Positions 39,117 to 49,358 of a DNA stretch of 64,000 nucleotides are shown in pieces. The number at the start of each line of letters is the position of its first letter. Position 1 is the stretch's first letter. The stretch lies in sequence record DRR723986_585; one strand, written 5' to 3'. The notes beneath the pieces are model-generated. The model was not told the origin of the DNA. It worked only from the letters and a program-made list of their open reading frames with translations, and ran no database searches. The translations under genes and the position numbers were made by a program.

Positions 39117-39892
39117 GAGAAAGTGTGAAAATATTACTGGGCCTAGGACTTATAATAGCGCTTCATAGTTGTGGTGTAAATAGTAATTTATTGTTGAAAA
39201 CTGACAAGGATTATGAATTTGCAGACATTGATACCCTCAATGCTACTAAAGATGATTATAAAATTGACCGTAATGATATCTTGCAATTGCGATTTTTCAC
39301 TAATGATGGGATAAAAATACTAGAGTTAACAACTTCGAATACAACACCTGGACAAGCACAAGTATTGAATCAAACCAACTCAATTACTTATGTCATTCAA
39401 AATGATTCAATGGTCAACTTACCTATCATTGGAGAAGTTAATTTGGTTGGAAAGAGTATACGTGAAGCAGAAAGTTTTCTTGAAAATCAATATGAAGGAC
39501 AATATGTGAATCCGTTTGTTCAGTTGTCGGTAACAAATAGAAGAGTTATCGTGTTTCCTGGAAATGGGGGAGAAGCAAGTGTTTTGTATTTAGCAAACAA
39601 CAATGTAACCTTATTAGAAGCTATAGCACTAGCTGGTGGAATTACTGAAAGAGGGCGCGCAAAAAAAATTAAGTTAATGAGAAAGAATGATGATGGTAAA
39701 CGAGAAGTTTACAAAATTGACCTTTCTAAAATAGAGGGACTTGAGTATACAGATATTATTGTACAAGCCAATGACTACATTTATATTGAACCTGTTCCAG
39801 AAATTGGAAGAGAAGTTTTAAAAGAAGTAACTCCAATTGTATCACTTATTTCAAGTGCGGCAATTGTAATTTCTGTGATTAGTAAACTATAA
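39113..39892 (+). CDS. wza: polysaccharide export lipoprotein (Wza/OPX)
   Basis: Lipobox LHSC; LPIIGEV and TLLEAIALAGG (SLBB) motifs. Confidence 0.88.
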   Translation: MRESVKILLGLGLIIALHSCGVNSNLLLKTDKDYEFADIDTLNATKDDYKIDRNDILQLRFFTNDGIKILELTTSNTTPGQAQVLNQTNSITYVIQNDSMVNLPIIGEVNLVGKSIREAESFLENQYEGQYVNPFVQLSVTNRRVIVFPGNGGEASVLYLANNNVTLLEAIALAGGITERGRAKKIKLMRKNDDGKREVYKIDLSKIEGLEYTDIIVQANDYIYIEPVPEIGREVLKEVTPIVSLISSAAIVISVISKL

Positions 39893-39895
39893 ATA

Positions 39896-42268
39896 TTGGA
39901 TAATAACAATCATAGTAAGTTCTCTCAGAGTCCAAAAATCAATAAGGACTTCGATTTAAATCTATTAAAAACAGTTTTAAAAAGGAATCGCTTTATCCCA
40001 GTTATTCTACTTGGAATTTCTTTATCTATAAGTTTTGTTTACTTAAGATATACAAAACCAGTATATGAATCAGCTGCTGTTATCCAAAGATCCTCTCAAG
40101 ATGAGGGTAAGAGAATTTTAGATATCGAAGGTTTTGAGAAAGAAAATGAGCTTTCTGAAGACGTTGAATTACTTAAGTCTACCTTTTTATTAGAAAAAGC
40201 TTTAAGGAATTTGAATTTAGAAGTGTCTTATTTTTCTGAAGGCGAAATACTGACAGAAGAAAAATACTTGCACTCGTCATATCACGTTACTTTATTAGAA
40301 TTGAAAGATAGTTCTTTAATAGGGAAGCCAATTTTTGTAACAAACAAGAAGGATAAAATTGAATTGTCATTTGAAATTAAGGGAAAACAGGAAATTGTGG
40401 AGATTTTACCTGACACTCCTATTAATAATGATTATTTCAGATTGATTTTTAAAATAAATGATTCAGATAAATTTAATTTAAGTTCAGTTGAAAACAACTT
40501 GTTTTTTAAGTTTAATAATTATTCAGTATTAACAAATCAGTTGCACTCAAGTCTTAGTGTATTTGCATTAAATCCAGAAGCCAATACTATTCAAGTTTCT
40601 TTTAAATCTAATAATCAACGGCTTAGTAAGGATATCGTATCATCTCTTATCAATACTTTTTTCCAGTACGATTTAGAAAAGAAAAGGCAATCTTCTGCGA
40701 GTGTACTTGATTTTATTGATTCACAGTTAGATACTGTATTTCTCCAGTTAAAAGAATCAGAAACAGCCATTCAATCCTTTAAAGACAGCAACGCAGTAAG
40801 TGATCCGCAATATGTTACATCTCAAATTTTAGAACGAAGCAGTGAGTTACAAAATCAGTTGTTGGAGATTGATTTTGAATTAGAATTGATTCAAGCTGTT
40901 GAAGAATCAGTTCAGCTAAGTGATAGAATTGAAATTTATAAGGTAATTCCTGCAGTTACGGGTACTAATTATGAAAAATTGTTAATCGGGGAGTTAGAAA
41001 AGTTGCACGAATTATTAGTGCAGAAAGAAGATTTATCTTACAGCGTTACTGAGTCAAACGAAAAACTAAAAAAAGTTGACAGACAAATTAAAACACAAAA
41101 CGATAACATTTTTAGAGTGTTGTTGACAGTGAAAAATCAGCTCAAATTCAAGAAGAAAAGTGTACAAGATCGAATTTATCAAGTTGAGAGTGAACTATAT
41201 GGTATCCCTGAAAAGGAAATGGAGCTAAGTAGGTTGAATAGAATGTTCAATTTGAACGAGAAATATTATACATTGCTAATAGAAAAGAAAACTCAGTATG
41301 CCATATCCAAGGCAGGGTTTACCATGGACAACATGGTTTTACAGGCACCTTCTGATGCCGTGAAAATTTCTCCAAACGGTAATCTTGTTTACGGTATTGC
41401 GATCATTTTTACAGTACTATTGAGTCTATTAATTCTAATGATTCGATATATTACTTTTAATGATATTCATGAACCCGAAGAATTAAAAAGACTAATTCCA
41501 AGTAGCGTAGGATTTCTGGGAATAATTCCTAAAGTAGAAACTTCAGAAAAGAACTCAACCCTAGTGGTTCATACTAGTCCAAAGTCTGCATTGGCGGAGA
41601 GTTATAGGCATATACGTTCAAATTTGCAATTTATTCTTAAGGAAGACCAATCGAATTTGATTGCGGTTTCATCATCTATTTCAGGTGAAGGTAAGACTTT
41701 TGTAGCCGTGAATTTAGCCGGTATTATCGCCATGTCTTCAAAGAAAGTTTTAGTAGTAGATTTGGATTTACGAAAACCTAAAGTTCATCTTGCCTTTAAA
41801 GCTGAAAATCGAAATGGGATGAGCTCGATTCTTGCCAATAATGATGATTGGAAAAATTGCGTTCATAAAAGTGAACTTGAAAATTTAGATTTCATCACAG
41901 CAGGTCCAATTCCTCCTAACCCGTCTGAGCTAATAATAAGCAAGGCTTTTGATTTATTTCTTGAGTCAGTGAAAAAAGATTATGATTACGTGATAATTGA
42001 TAATCCTCCAGTTGGAATAGTTTCAGATGGTATTGCTATTTTGAATAAAGCCGATTGCCCGATCTATGTGTTTAGAGCGAATTATTCTAAAAGGTACTTT
42101 GCTGAAAGATTGACAGAACTTGTAGAAACGAACAAAGTATCTAAGCTATTTGTCACGTTAAATGCACAAGAAATTAATAAGCTTGGCTACGGTTACGGTT
42201 ATGGATATGGAGGTTATTATTCTGATGAAAATCTCCAAAAGAAAAAATGGCAATTCTGGAAAAAGTAA
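39896..42268 (+). CDS. wzc: polysaccharide co-polymerase / BY tyrosine kinase
   Basis: Two TM segments, Walker A SGEGKT, DLDLRKP, GPIPPNP and C-terminal GYGYGYGYGGYY cluster. Confidence 0.93.
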   Translation: MDNNNHSKFSQSPKINKDFDLNLLKTVLKRNRFIPVILLGISLSISFVYLRYTKPVYESAAVIQRSSQDEGKRILDIEGFEKENELSEDVELLKSTFLLEKALRNLNLEVSYFSEGEILTEEKYLHSSYHVTLLELKDSSLIGKPIFVTNKKDKIELSFEIKGKQEIVEILPDTPINNDYFRLIFKINDSDKFNLSSVENNLFFKFNNYSVLTNQLHSSLSVFALNPEANTIQVSFKSNNQRLSKDIVSSLINTFFQYDLEKKRQSSASVLDFIDSQLDTVFLQLKESETAIQSFKDSNAVSDPQYVTSQILERSSELQNQLLEIDFELELIQAVEESVQLSDRIEIYKVIPAVTGTNYEKLLIGELEKLHELLVQKEDLSYSVTESNEKLKKVDRQIKTQNDNIFRVLLTVKNQLKFKKKSVQDRIYQVESELYGIPEKEMELSRLNRMFNLNEKYYTLLIEKKTQYAISKAGFTMDNMVLQAPSDAVKISPNGNLVYGIAIIFTVLLSLLILMIRYITFNDIHEPEELKRLIPSSVGFLGIIPKVETSEKNSTLVVHTSPKSALAESYRHIRSNLQFILKEDQSNLIAVSSSISGEGKTFVAVNLAGIIAMSSKKVLVVDLDLRKPKVHLAFKAENRNGMSSILANNDDWKNCVHKSELENLDFITAGPIPPNPSELIISKAFDLFLESVKKDYDYVIIDNPPVGIVSDGIAILNKADCPIYVFRANYSKRYFAERLTELVETNKVSKLFVTLNAQEINKLGYGYGYGYGGYYSDENLQKKKWQFWKK

Positions 42269-42810
42269 TGGAAGTTAAAAAGTTTCATATAAAAGGTCTT
42301 GCAGAGTTTAAACCACGAGTATTTAATGATGATCGGGGTTATTTTTTTGAATCTTTCAATCTGGCCTTTTTTAACAAAAATATTAGTGACTTAAAATTTG
42401 TCCAAGACAATCAAAGTATGTCAAAAAAAGGAGTTTTAAGGGGATTGCACTTTCAAAAACCACCTTTTGAACAAGGTAAATTGGTAAGGGTAATCACTGG
42501 CTCTGCTCTTGATGTAGCTGTGGATATAAGAAAAGCTTCACCAACCTATGGACAACATGTTTCAGTGATATTATCTTCTGAAGCGAATAATGTTTTTTGG
42601 ATTCCACCGGGTTTTGCACATGGTTTTTTGTCGCTAGAGGATCAAACAATTTTCTCTTATAAATGCACCAATTTTTATGATTTTGAATCTGAAGATGCCC
42701 TAAAATGGAACGATAAAGATTTGAAAATAGATTGGGGAGTTATAGATCCAATAGTTTCTGAAAAAGATCAAGAAGCGCAAGAGTTCGAAAATTATTCTTC
42801 TCCTTTTTAA
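42268..42810 (+). CDS. rfbC: dTDP-4-dehydrorhamnose 3,5-epimerase
   Basis: DDRGYFFE, VLRGLHFQ and GFAHGF motifs; TAATG overlap with wzc. Confidence 0.93.
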   Translation: MEVKKFHIKGLAEFKPRVFNDDRGYFFESFNLAFFNKNISDLKFVQDNQSMSKKGVLRGLHFQKPPFEQGKLVRVITGSALDVAVDIRKASPTYGQHVSVILSSEANNVFWIPPGFAHGFLSLEDQTIFSYKCTNFYDFESEDALKWNDKDLKIDWGVIDPIVSEKDQEAQEFENYSSPF

Positions 42811-42813
42811 GAC

Positions 42814-43896
42814 GTGAAAGAGAGTCTCGAATCAATATTAAATCTAATTGGATTTTTCGGAGGAGCACTGCTGCTTTCGCTAATGATTAATTCCTTTTTG
42901 TTGTCTTTTGCGAAAAACCTTGGAACTCGAAATTCAGCAAAAATGACTATTCGTTGGAGTCAAGAAGCAAAACCGTCATTAGGTGGAATTAGTTTTTATA
43001 TCTGTTTTCTAATTGGATTTATGTTATATGCCATAATTTTTGGCGAAGCTGATGTTTTTAGAAATAAAAATCTCCTTGGATTATTTTTCAGCATAAATGT
43101 TGCTTTTTTACTGGGTCTTTCAGATGATGCTTATGACACTAAACCAATGATTAAGCTTGGAAGCCAAATTCTTTGCGGAGTAATTTTAATTGCTTCTGAG
43201 AGTCACATCCTATTGTTTGATCAAGATTGGTTAAACTATTCTTTTACGATTCTTTGGGTTGTTGGTATCATGAATTCAATTAACATGCTAGACAACATGG
43301 ACTCTATTACGTCTACCACCTCTATATTCATTATTCTAACCATTCTCGGAATATCATTGCCTTTTACATTGGTAAATAATGTAGACTTGTTTTTGTTAAT
43401 CACGATTCTTGGCGCACTTTTCGGATTTCTTAGATTTAACTGGAATCCAGCAAAGATGTTCATGGGAGATACTGGTTCACAGTTCTTAGGGATGTTTTTA
43501 GCTTATTTTTCGATTAAGTTTTTATGGAATTCAGGAGTAGATTCTGGTGAATACTCAATTTTTTCAAATTTGTCTTTAGTATTAATAGCTTTCTCAACTC
43601 CGATCATAGATACGACTTTTGTTACGATCAGACGAATTAAAAAAGGGCAATCTCCTATGATTGGCGGAAGAGATCATACGACACATACTTTGTCTTATAG
43701 AGGACTTTCAGACAAACAAATAGGACTTGTATTTATAGTGTTGGGAATTATCTCTTCTTTGCTTGCCTATAATATCGCCAACTTCATTCCTCATGGATCA
43801 TTTGCACTTATTTTAATTTGGTTTTATGTGATTCTCATGCTGTTAATATTTTTCAGTCTAGCTAAAAAATCAAATAAGTCTGAAAAGCTGAAATAA
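42814..43896 (+). CDS. undecaprenyl-phosphate HexNAc-1-phosphate transferase (WecA/MraY family)
   Basis: GLSDD, NSINMLDNMD, FMGDTGS and DHTTH motifs. Confidence 0.88.
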   Translation: MKESLESILNLIGFFGGALLLSLMINSFLLSFAKNLGTRNSAKMTIRWSQEAKPSLGGISFYICFLIGFMLYAIIFGEADVFRNKNLLGLFFSINVAFLLGLSDDAYDTKPMIKLGSQILCGVILIASESHILLFDQDWLNYSFTILWVVGIMNSINMLDNMDSITSTTSIFIILTILGISLPFTLVNNVDLFLLITILGALFGFLRFNWNPAKMFMGDTGSQFLGMFLAYFSIKFLWNSGVDSGEYSIFSNLSLVLIAFSTPIIDTTFVTIRRIKKGQSPMIGGRDHTTHTLSYRGLSDKQIGLVFIVLGIISSLLAYNIANFIPHGSFALILIWFYVILMLLIFFSLAKKSNKSEKLK

Positions 43897-43935
43897 ATCC
43901 TTCAATAATTGCTAATTTCATATTCGAAATTAAGC

Positions 43936-46749
43936 ATGGAAAAACAAAGTTCACAGGAAGAGTTTATTGAGATTTATGGGGCTAAAGAGCATAACCTCAA
44001 AGGCTTTGATCTAAAAATACCTAGAAATAAATTGGTTGTCTTTACAGGTCTATCTGGCTCTGGTAAATCATCATTAGCATTTGATACGATTTTTGCAGAA
44101 GGGCAAAGACGGTATTTAGAAACTTTTTCTGCTTATGCGCGGCAATTTCTTGGTGGATTAGAGCGTCCGCGTGTTGATGAAATTTTAGGGTTAAGTCCAG
44201 TGATTTCAATTGAACAAAAAACGGTTAATAGATCACCAAGATCAACTGTAGGAACCGTTACGGAAGTTTATGACTTTATGCGGCTCCTGTTTGCAAGAGC
44301 TGGTGAAGCATATTCTTACAACACTGGCGAGAAGATGGTTAAATACTCTGATCAGCAGATCATTGATTTAATTATTGAAAAATTTGATGGCAAAAAAATT
44401 ATCGTCCTGTCCCCAAAAGTAAAAGGACGTAAAGGTCATTACCGCGAATTGTTTGAACAAACCATGAAACTAGGTTATTCAAAAGTTCGAGTGGACGGTG
44501 AAATTAAAGATATCACCAGTGGGATGCGACTTGATCGTTACAAAATTCACGATATTGAAATTGTCATTGACAGAATTCAAGTATCTGAAGAACATAGAAA
44601 TAGAGTAACCCAAGCCGTTCAAGCTGCTCTTAAATATGGTTCGGATGTCATGATGGTCATGGACTTCAATACCAATGAAATAAGACAGTTTAGCAGATTC
44701 TTAATGTGTCCAACTACCGGCATATCTTATGCAGAACCCGAACCTAACTTATTTTCATTTAATTCACCTTACGGTGCGTGTAAAAAGTGTAGTGGACTGG
44801 GAATCATCTCAGAAATTGATATTGACAAAGTTATTCCAGATCCTAAATTAAGCATTAAAGAGGGCGGAATAGAGCCTCTGGGTAAATTGAAAAACAATTG
44901 GTTCACCAATAAAATAGAATTCATTCTCCAAGCCTACGGTCATGAGTTAAAAGATCCGATCAATAAAATTCCTGAAGAAATCATTCATAAAATTATGTTC
45001 GGCTTTGAAGAGGTGATGGAGATTGACGGATTGAACAAGAATTTTTCGTTTGAAGGCGTCACCAACTATTTGGTCAAGCAATTTCAAGAAACTCCGTCAC
45101 CAGCTGTGAGAAGATGGGTGGAGAATTTCATGAATAAGCAAGCCTGTGACGTATGTAAAGGCTCACGACTGCGAAAAGAAGCCGACTATTTCAAAATTGC
45201 CGAGAAAAATATTGGGGATTTAGCCCAGGAAGATCTGGCCACTTTACAAGCTTGGTTTGATCAGTTACCAGATAAATTATCCGATAAACAAAAATCAATT
45301 GGGTCCGAAATTTTAAAGGAAATCAACAACCGACTTCGTTTTTTAATGGATGTTGGTTTGCATTACTTGAATCTGAATCGTTCATCAAAAACCCTTTCTG
45401 GTGGAGAAGCACAAAGAATAAGGCTTGCTACACAAATTGGATCTGAATTAGTAAATGTTCTTTACATCTTAGACGAGCCGAGTATCGGTTTACATCAACG
45501 TGATAATGAGCGACTGATTAAGTCATTGAAAAGATTAAGGGACGGAGGTAATTCTGTAATTGTTGTTGAACATGATAAGGAGATGATGGAGGAATCTGAC
45601 TTTATCGTTGATATAGGTCCAAAGGCTGGGATTCATGGCGGGCAAATCGTGCAAGCGTGTACGTTGAAAGAATTAATTGCTGGGGACAGCACAACAGCTG
45701 GTTATTTAAAGGGATTGCTAAAAATTGAGGTGCCAAAAACACGCAGAAAAGGCACTGGTGAATTTTTAGAGTTAAAAGGAGCGTCTGGACATAATTTAAA
45801 AGATGTTACCGTAAAATTTCCTTTGGGATGTTTCATTTCGGTAACCGGAGTTTCAGGAAGTGGTAAATCTTCATTAATTAATCAGACCCTGTATCCAATA
45901 TTGAATCAGCACATATACAACGGTGTAAAAAGACCTTTAGATTATAAATCTATTAAAGGACTTGAGCATATTGATAAAGTGATAGATATTGATCAATCTC
46001 CTATTGGAAGAACTCCAAGATCAAATCCAGCAACCTATACCGGATTATTCTCAGATGTTCGGAATTTATTTGCCAATATCAATGAATCCAAAATTAGAGG
46101 ATATAAAGCGGGTAGATTTAGTTTCAATGTGAAGGGTGGACGTTGCGAAACCTGCAGAGGAGGAGGGTTGAGAGTGATTGAAATGAACTTTTTACCAGAT
46201 GTGTACGTGGAGTGTGAAGAATGTCAGGGAAAACGATACAATCGTGAGACTCTAGAAGTGCGCTTTAAAGGTAAAAACATCAATGATGTCTTAGAAATGA
46301 CCATTGAAGATGCTGCGGTGTTTTTTGAATCAATTCCTAAAATTAAACGGAAGCTGGATACGCTAAATTCTGTTGGTTTAGGATACATTAAGTTAGGGCA
46401 GCCATCTACAACCGTCTCCGGCGGTGAAGCGCAACGAATTAAATTGGCCTCTGAACTTTCGAAAAAGAGTACAGGAAAAACTTTTTATATTTTGGATGAA
46501 CCATCAACCGGTTTGCATTTTGAAGATATTAAGATGTTATTAGACGTCTTGCAAAGATTGGTAGAAGAAGGGAATACGGTGCTTGTGATTGAACACAATC
46601 TGGATATTGTTAAAGTGGCAGACTATATTATCGATATAGGTCCTGACGGCGGAGTTAATGGAGGAGAGGTTGTTGGATACGGGACTCCGGAGCAATTCGT
46701 AAAGAAGTACAAGTCTGAAACCCAACGTTTTCTTAAGCAAGAGCTTTAA
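43936..46749 (+). CDS. uvrA: excinuclease ABC subunit A
   Basis: Two ABC modules (GLSGSGKS, GVSGSGKS, LSGGEAQR) and Zn fingers. Confidence 0.97.
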   Translation: MEKQSSQEEFIEIYGAKEHNLKGFDLKIPRNKLVVFTGLSGSGKSSLAFDTIFAEGQRRYLETFSAYARQFLGGLERPRVDEILGLSPVISIEQKTVNRSPRSTVGTVTEVYDFMRLLFARAGEAYSYNTGEKMVKYSDQQIIDLIIEKFDGKKIIVLSPKVKGRKGHYRELFEQTMKLGYSKVRVDGEIKDITSGMRLDRYKIHDIEIVIDRIQVSEEHRNRVTQAVQAALKYGSDVMMVMDFNTNEIRQFSRFLMCPTTGISYAEPEPNLFSFNSPYGACKKCSGLGIISEIDIDKVIPDPKLSIKEGGIEPLGKLKNNWFTNKIEFILQAYGHELKDPINKIPEEIIHKIMFGFEEVMEIDGLNKNFSFEGVTNYLVKQFQETPSPAVRRWVENFMNKQACDVCKGSRLRKEADYFKIAEKNIGDLAQEDLATLQAWFDQLPDKLSDKQKSIGSEILKEINNRLRFLMDVGLHYLNLNRSSKTLSGGEAQRIRLATQIGSELVNVLYILDEPSIGLHQRDNERLIKSLKRLRDGGNSVIVVEHDKEMMEESDFIVDIGPKAGIHGGQIVQACTLKELIAGDSTTAGYLKGLLKIEVPKTRRKGTGEFLELKGASGHNLKDVTVKFPLGCFISVTGVSGSGKSSLINQTLYPILNQHIYNGVKRPLDYKSIKGLEHIDKVIDIDQSPIGRTPRSNPATYTGLFSDVRNLFANINESKIRGYKAGRFSFNVKGGRCETCRGGGLRVIEMNFLPDVYVECEECQGKRYNRETLEVRFKGKNINDVLEMTIEDAAVFFESIPKIKRKLDTLNSVGLGYIKLGQPSTTVSGGEAQRIKLASELSKKSTGKTFYILDEPSTGLHFEDIKMLLDVLQRLVEEGNTVLVIEHNLDIVKVADYIIDIGPDGGVNGGEVVGYGTPEQFVKKYKSETQRFLKQEL

Positions 46750-47647
46750 TTTTTTTATCAATTTCTTGAGCCAATTGATCTGCCGCAGAGGGGTGATTTC
46801 GGAACCAAAGCTCCGGTTCTATCAATTCAACTTCACCAATCAATAATTCATTTTGATTGCCCCAAACCACATCAACTCTTGCATAACTTGGCAGCGGGTC
46901 ACATGCTTTAGCTGCATGCTCTGCAAATTCTTTTTCTGATGGATTGGCTTCGTAGGGATGAACTGAACCGCCAAAATCGTCTTGAACTCTATAATCGCCT
47001 TCTTTAGCTTTTTTTAATACAGAGTGAGAATACTTTCCTCCAATAACAACATGACTGACTTCACCTTTTGAGGTAATACTTTCGATAAACGGTTGGAGCA
47101 TCATAGCTTCGGAATTAATCAATTCTTTGAAGATAGTTTCGTGTTCTTCTACATTTTCTGAATTGATCTTATAAGTATGACGCGCAGCTCCTGAAATACA
47201 AGGTTTTAAAACGGCTTTTGACCATTCCATTTCATGAAGTATTGCACCTAAATCTCGTTGATCATTACGTTCAATGAAGTAAGTTTTCACGGTGGGTATT
47301 CCTTTGGCAGCTAAATCTCCCAGATAATGTTTATCGACATTCCAAAGGATTTGGTCAATCGAATTTACAAAAGTGGTTTGTGGTTTTACTCTTTCAATCC
47401 ACGCCATGAATTCATCAAAGCGGTGAAAGTAATCCCAGATTGTTCTGAACACACAAACTTTAAATTGGCTCCAATCAACTGTTATATCCGCCCAATCCAA
47501 AATTTCTACTGAATATCCCAATTTTTCAAGTGCCGACTTGACCAAGCCATCCTCTTGCAATACTTGATCTATATACCAATCTGTAGTTGTTGGATTGACA
47601 TATTTATTCTCAGTGAGTAAAGCTATATCAATTGTTTTCGAACTCAT
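46733..47647 (-). CDS. RimK-like ATP-grasp protein
   Basis: RTIWDY, WNVDKHYL, YARVD and EVELIEP motifs. Confidence 0.8.
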   Translation of the reverse strand: MSSKTIDIALLTENKYVNPTTTDWYIDQVLQEDGLVKSALEKLGYSVEILDWADITVDWSQFKVCVFRTIWDYFHRFDEFMAWIERVKPQTTFVNSIDQILWNVDKHYLGDLAAKGIPTVKTYFIERNDQRDLGAILHEMEWSKAVLKPCISGAARHTYKINSENVEEHETIFKELINSEAMMLQPFIESITSKGEVSHVVIGGKYSHSVLKKAKEGDYRVQDDFGGSVHPYEANPSEKEFAEHAAKACDPLPSYARVDVVWGNQNELLIGEVELIEPELWFRNHPSAADQLAQEIDKKIKALA

Positions 47648-48146
47648 CCTTTGTAATTTTATAATAGACTGAATTTTCAATACCTTCGCAAGGAGCGTGC
47701 TTCCAAAATTTCATACCTATTTTTTCTAATATTTTTATTGATCCAAGGTTATCCTTAGCAGTTCTTCCAATGATTTCATTGATACCTAAGGTCTTGAAAC
47801 CATATTCTATACAAACTTTAGCGGCTTCTGTTCCATATCCCTTATTCCAATATCGTTGATGATAGCGATAACCTAAATCTATTGATTGATCTTCATGTTC
47901 TTTTAGACCACACCAACCTATAATTTCACCCGAGGCTCTATCAATTACAGTCCATCTTCCAAAGCCTGACTTTTCGTAAGAGGAGTAATTTAGAATCAAG
48001 TCTTCTGCTTCTTTAATGTCCTTAAAAGCTTTGTCTCCAGTATATTTCATTACTTCTTGATCATTATTCAAAGCATAAAAATTTGAAGCATCCGAAAGTT
48101 CAAACGGTCTAAAATCTAGTCTTTTACTTTGAAATAAAATCTTCAT
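47628..48146 (-). CDS. GNAT N-acetyltransferase (RimJ/RimL-like)
   Basis: IGWCGL, YWNKGYGTE and N.GS.KILEKIG motifs. Confidence 0.9.
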   Translation of the reverse strand: MKILFQSKRLDFRPFELSDASNFYALNNDQEVMKYTGDKAFKDIKEAEDLILNYSSYEKSGFGRWTVIDRASGEIIGWCGLKEHEDQSIDLGYRYHQRYWNKGYGTEAAKVCIEYGFKTLGINEIIGRTAKDNLGSIKILEKIGMKFWKHAPCEGIENSVYYKITKDEFENN

Positions 48147-48895
48147 TAGAAGTGAATGGTCAAGGCGTTTTTTAAAAAATAGTTCGTTTTTCGGACATCA
48201 GTGATATCTCTATTATCATGAGTGATTGAATAAATTAATCTAAAACTAAGATACTTATTGATTTTAAATCTAATGTGCGTTTCATTCGCGAATCGATAAC
48301 TTCCAAAATCAATCATTTTTGGTTGAAAATAGGAGATGGTGTTCATTCCAACCGATTCGCTAAACTGTCCATCAAAAGATAAATAGGATGTGGAGAGGAT
48401 GTCCCTTGAATTCCCGTTATCAATAAGTTCTTCATATTCACCCATAAAACCTGTTCCAAAGCTTAATTGATAATTTTTTTGATCAATAATGTTGAACCGG
48501 AATCCCGTCCCAAACAACAGTCGGAGATTTATTTTTTGAATTTTATTGAATTGACCTTGCTGAAAAACTTCATAAACAACACGTCCAGAATCTTTTAATG
48601 TGTAATTGTATCGAAGGTGTTCATATCCTTTATTGATGAAATCGGCAGCATCAGACTTAACAAATGAATGATCGGTAATCAGTAACCCTTGATGCTTGTT
48701 TTTAACATAACCAATTCTAATCTTGTCACCAATTTGAAGCAGTTGTTTGGTGTTCATGGTCAAGTTTAAATTCAATTCGGCGCTACCGTTAAACCCTTGT
48801 TTGTTGCCATCAAGTCGTTTGTTTTCAATATTTACAATTTGCGAAGATGCGCTGAATTGAAAACCAATAAAAAGAAGAAAAAGAAGAAGTTTCAT
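48146..48895 (-). CDS. DUF481-like outer-membrane beta-barrel
   Basis: Signal peptide, QIVNIE, alternating beta-strands, terminal Phe. Confidence 0.75.
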   Translation of the reverse strand: MKLLLFLLFIGFQFSASSQIVNIENKRLDGNKQGFNGSAELNLNLTMNTKQLLQIGDKIRIGYVKNKHQGLLITDHSFVKSDAADFINKGYEHLRYNYTLKDSGRVVYEVFQQGQFNKIQKINLRLLFGTGFRFNIIDQKNYQLSFGTGFMGEYEELIDNGNSRDILSTSYLSFDGQFSESVGMNTISYFQPKMIDFGSYRFANETHIRFKINKYLSFRLIYSITHDNRDITDVRKTNYFLKNALTIHF

Positions 48896-48947
48896 TTGCT
48901 CAAAATTTTGTGCAAAAATAAAACTCTTGATAAGGTTTTAGAAAATT

Positions 48948-49325
48948 CTAGAGATCATTTAACCAAGAAAGTGCCTCGGCCTCAGTTTCAAACACTAATA
49001 CTGGGTGAGAACTTTGCATGACTGCAGACGCCGCTTTTAAATACTCACGTGTCTTTTCATTGGATGAAACAAGGGCTTCTCCTGTTTTTTGTCTCACACG
49101 GCCAGTAATATATCGTTCACCAATATCTCTACTGATTTCAATACTTCCTTCAAAAAACACCAATAGTTTTAAATTAGAAAGGTCCTCATCATTATTCAAT
49201 TCTGTATAAGCTAAACGAATCTTTTCTAAATGATGTGAATTAATTAAGCAGCCATCACAATAAGAGGTACGCATTAAATCCTTAGACACAACTTCGATAG
49301 TTGCACAATCAACTTTTTTGGGCAT
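48948..49325 (-). CDS. hypothetical protein (STAS/SpoIIAA-like fold suspected)
   Basis: C-terminal VFETEAEALSWL pattern typical of SpoIIAA-like proteins. Confidence 0.55.
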   Translation of the reverse strand: MPKKVDCATIEVVSKDLMRTSYCDGCLINSHHLEKIRLAYTELNNDEDLSNLKLLVFFEGSIEISRDIGERYITGRVRQKTGEALVSSNEKTREYLKAASAVMQSSHPVLVFETEAEALSWLNDL

Positions 49326-49358
49326 GAATTGAGTTTTCAGTAAAGTGTAATTATTTTT

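Noticed and set aside
42185-42220. GGnTAy hexamer repeats
   Set aside because: They encode the normal Wzc C-terminal tyrosine cluster, not a contingency repeat.
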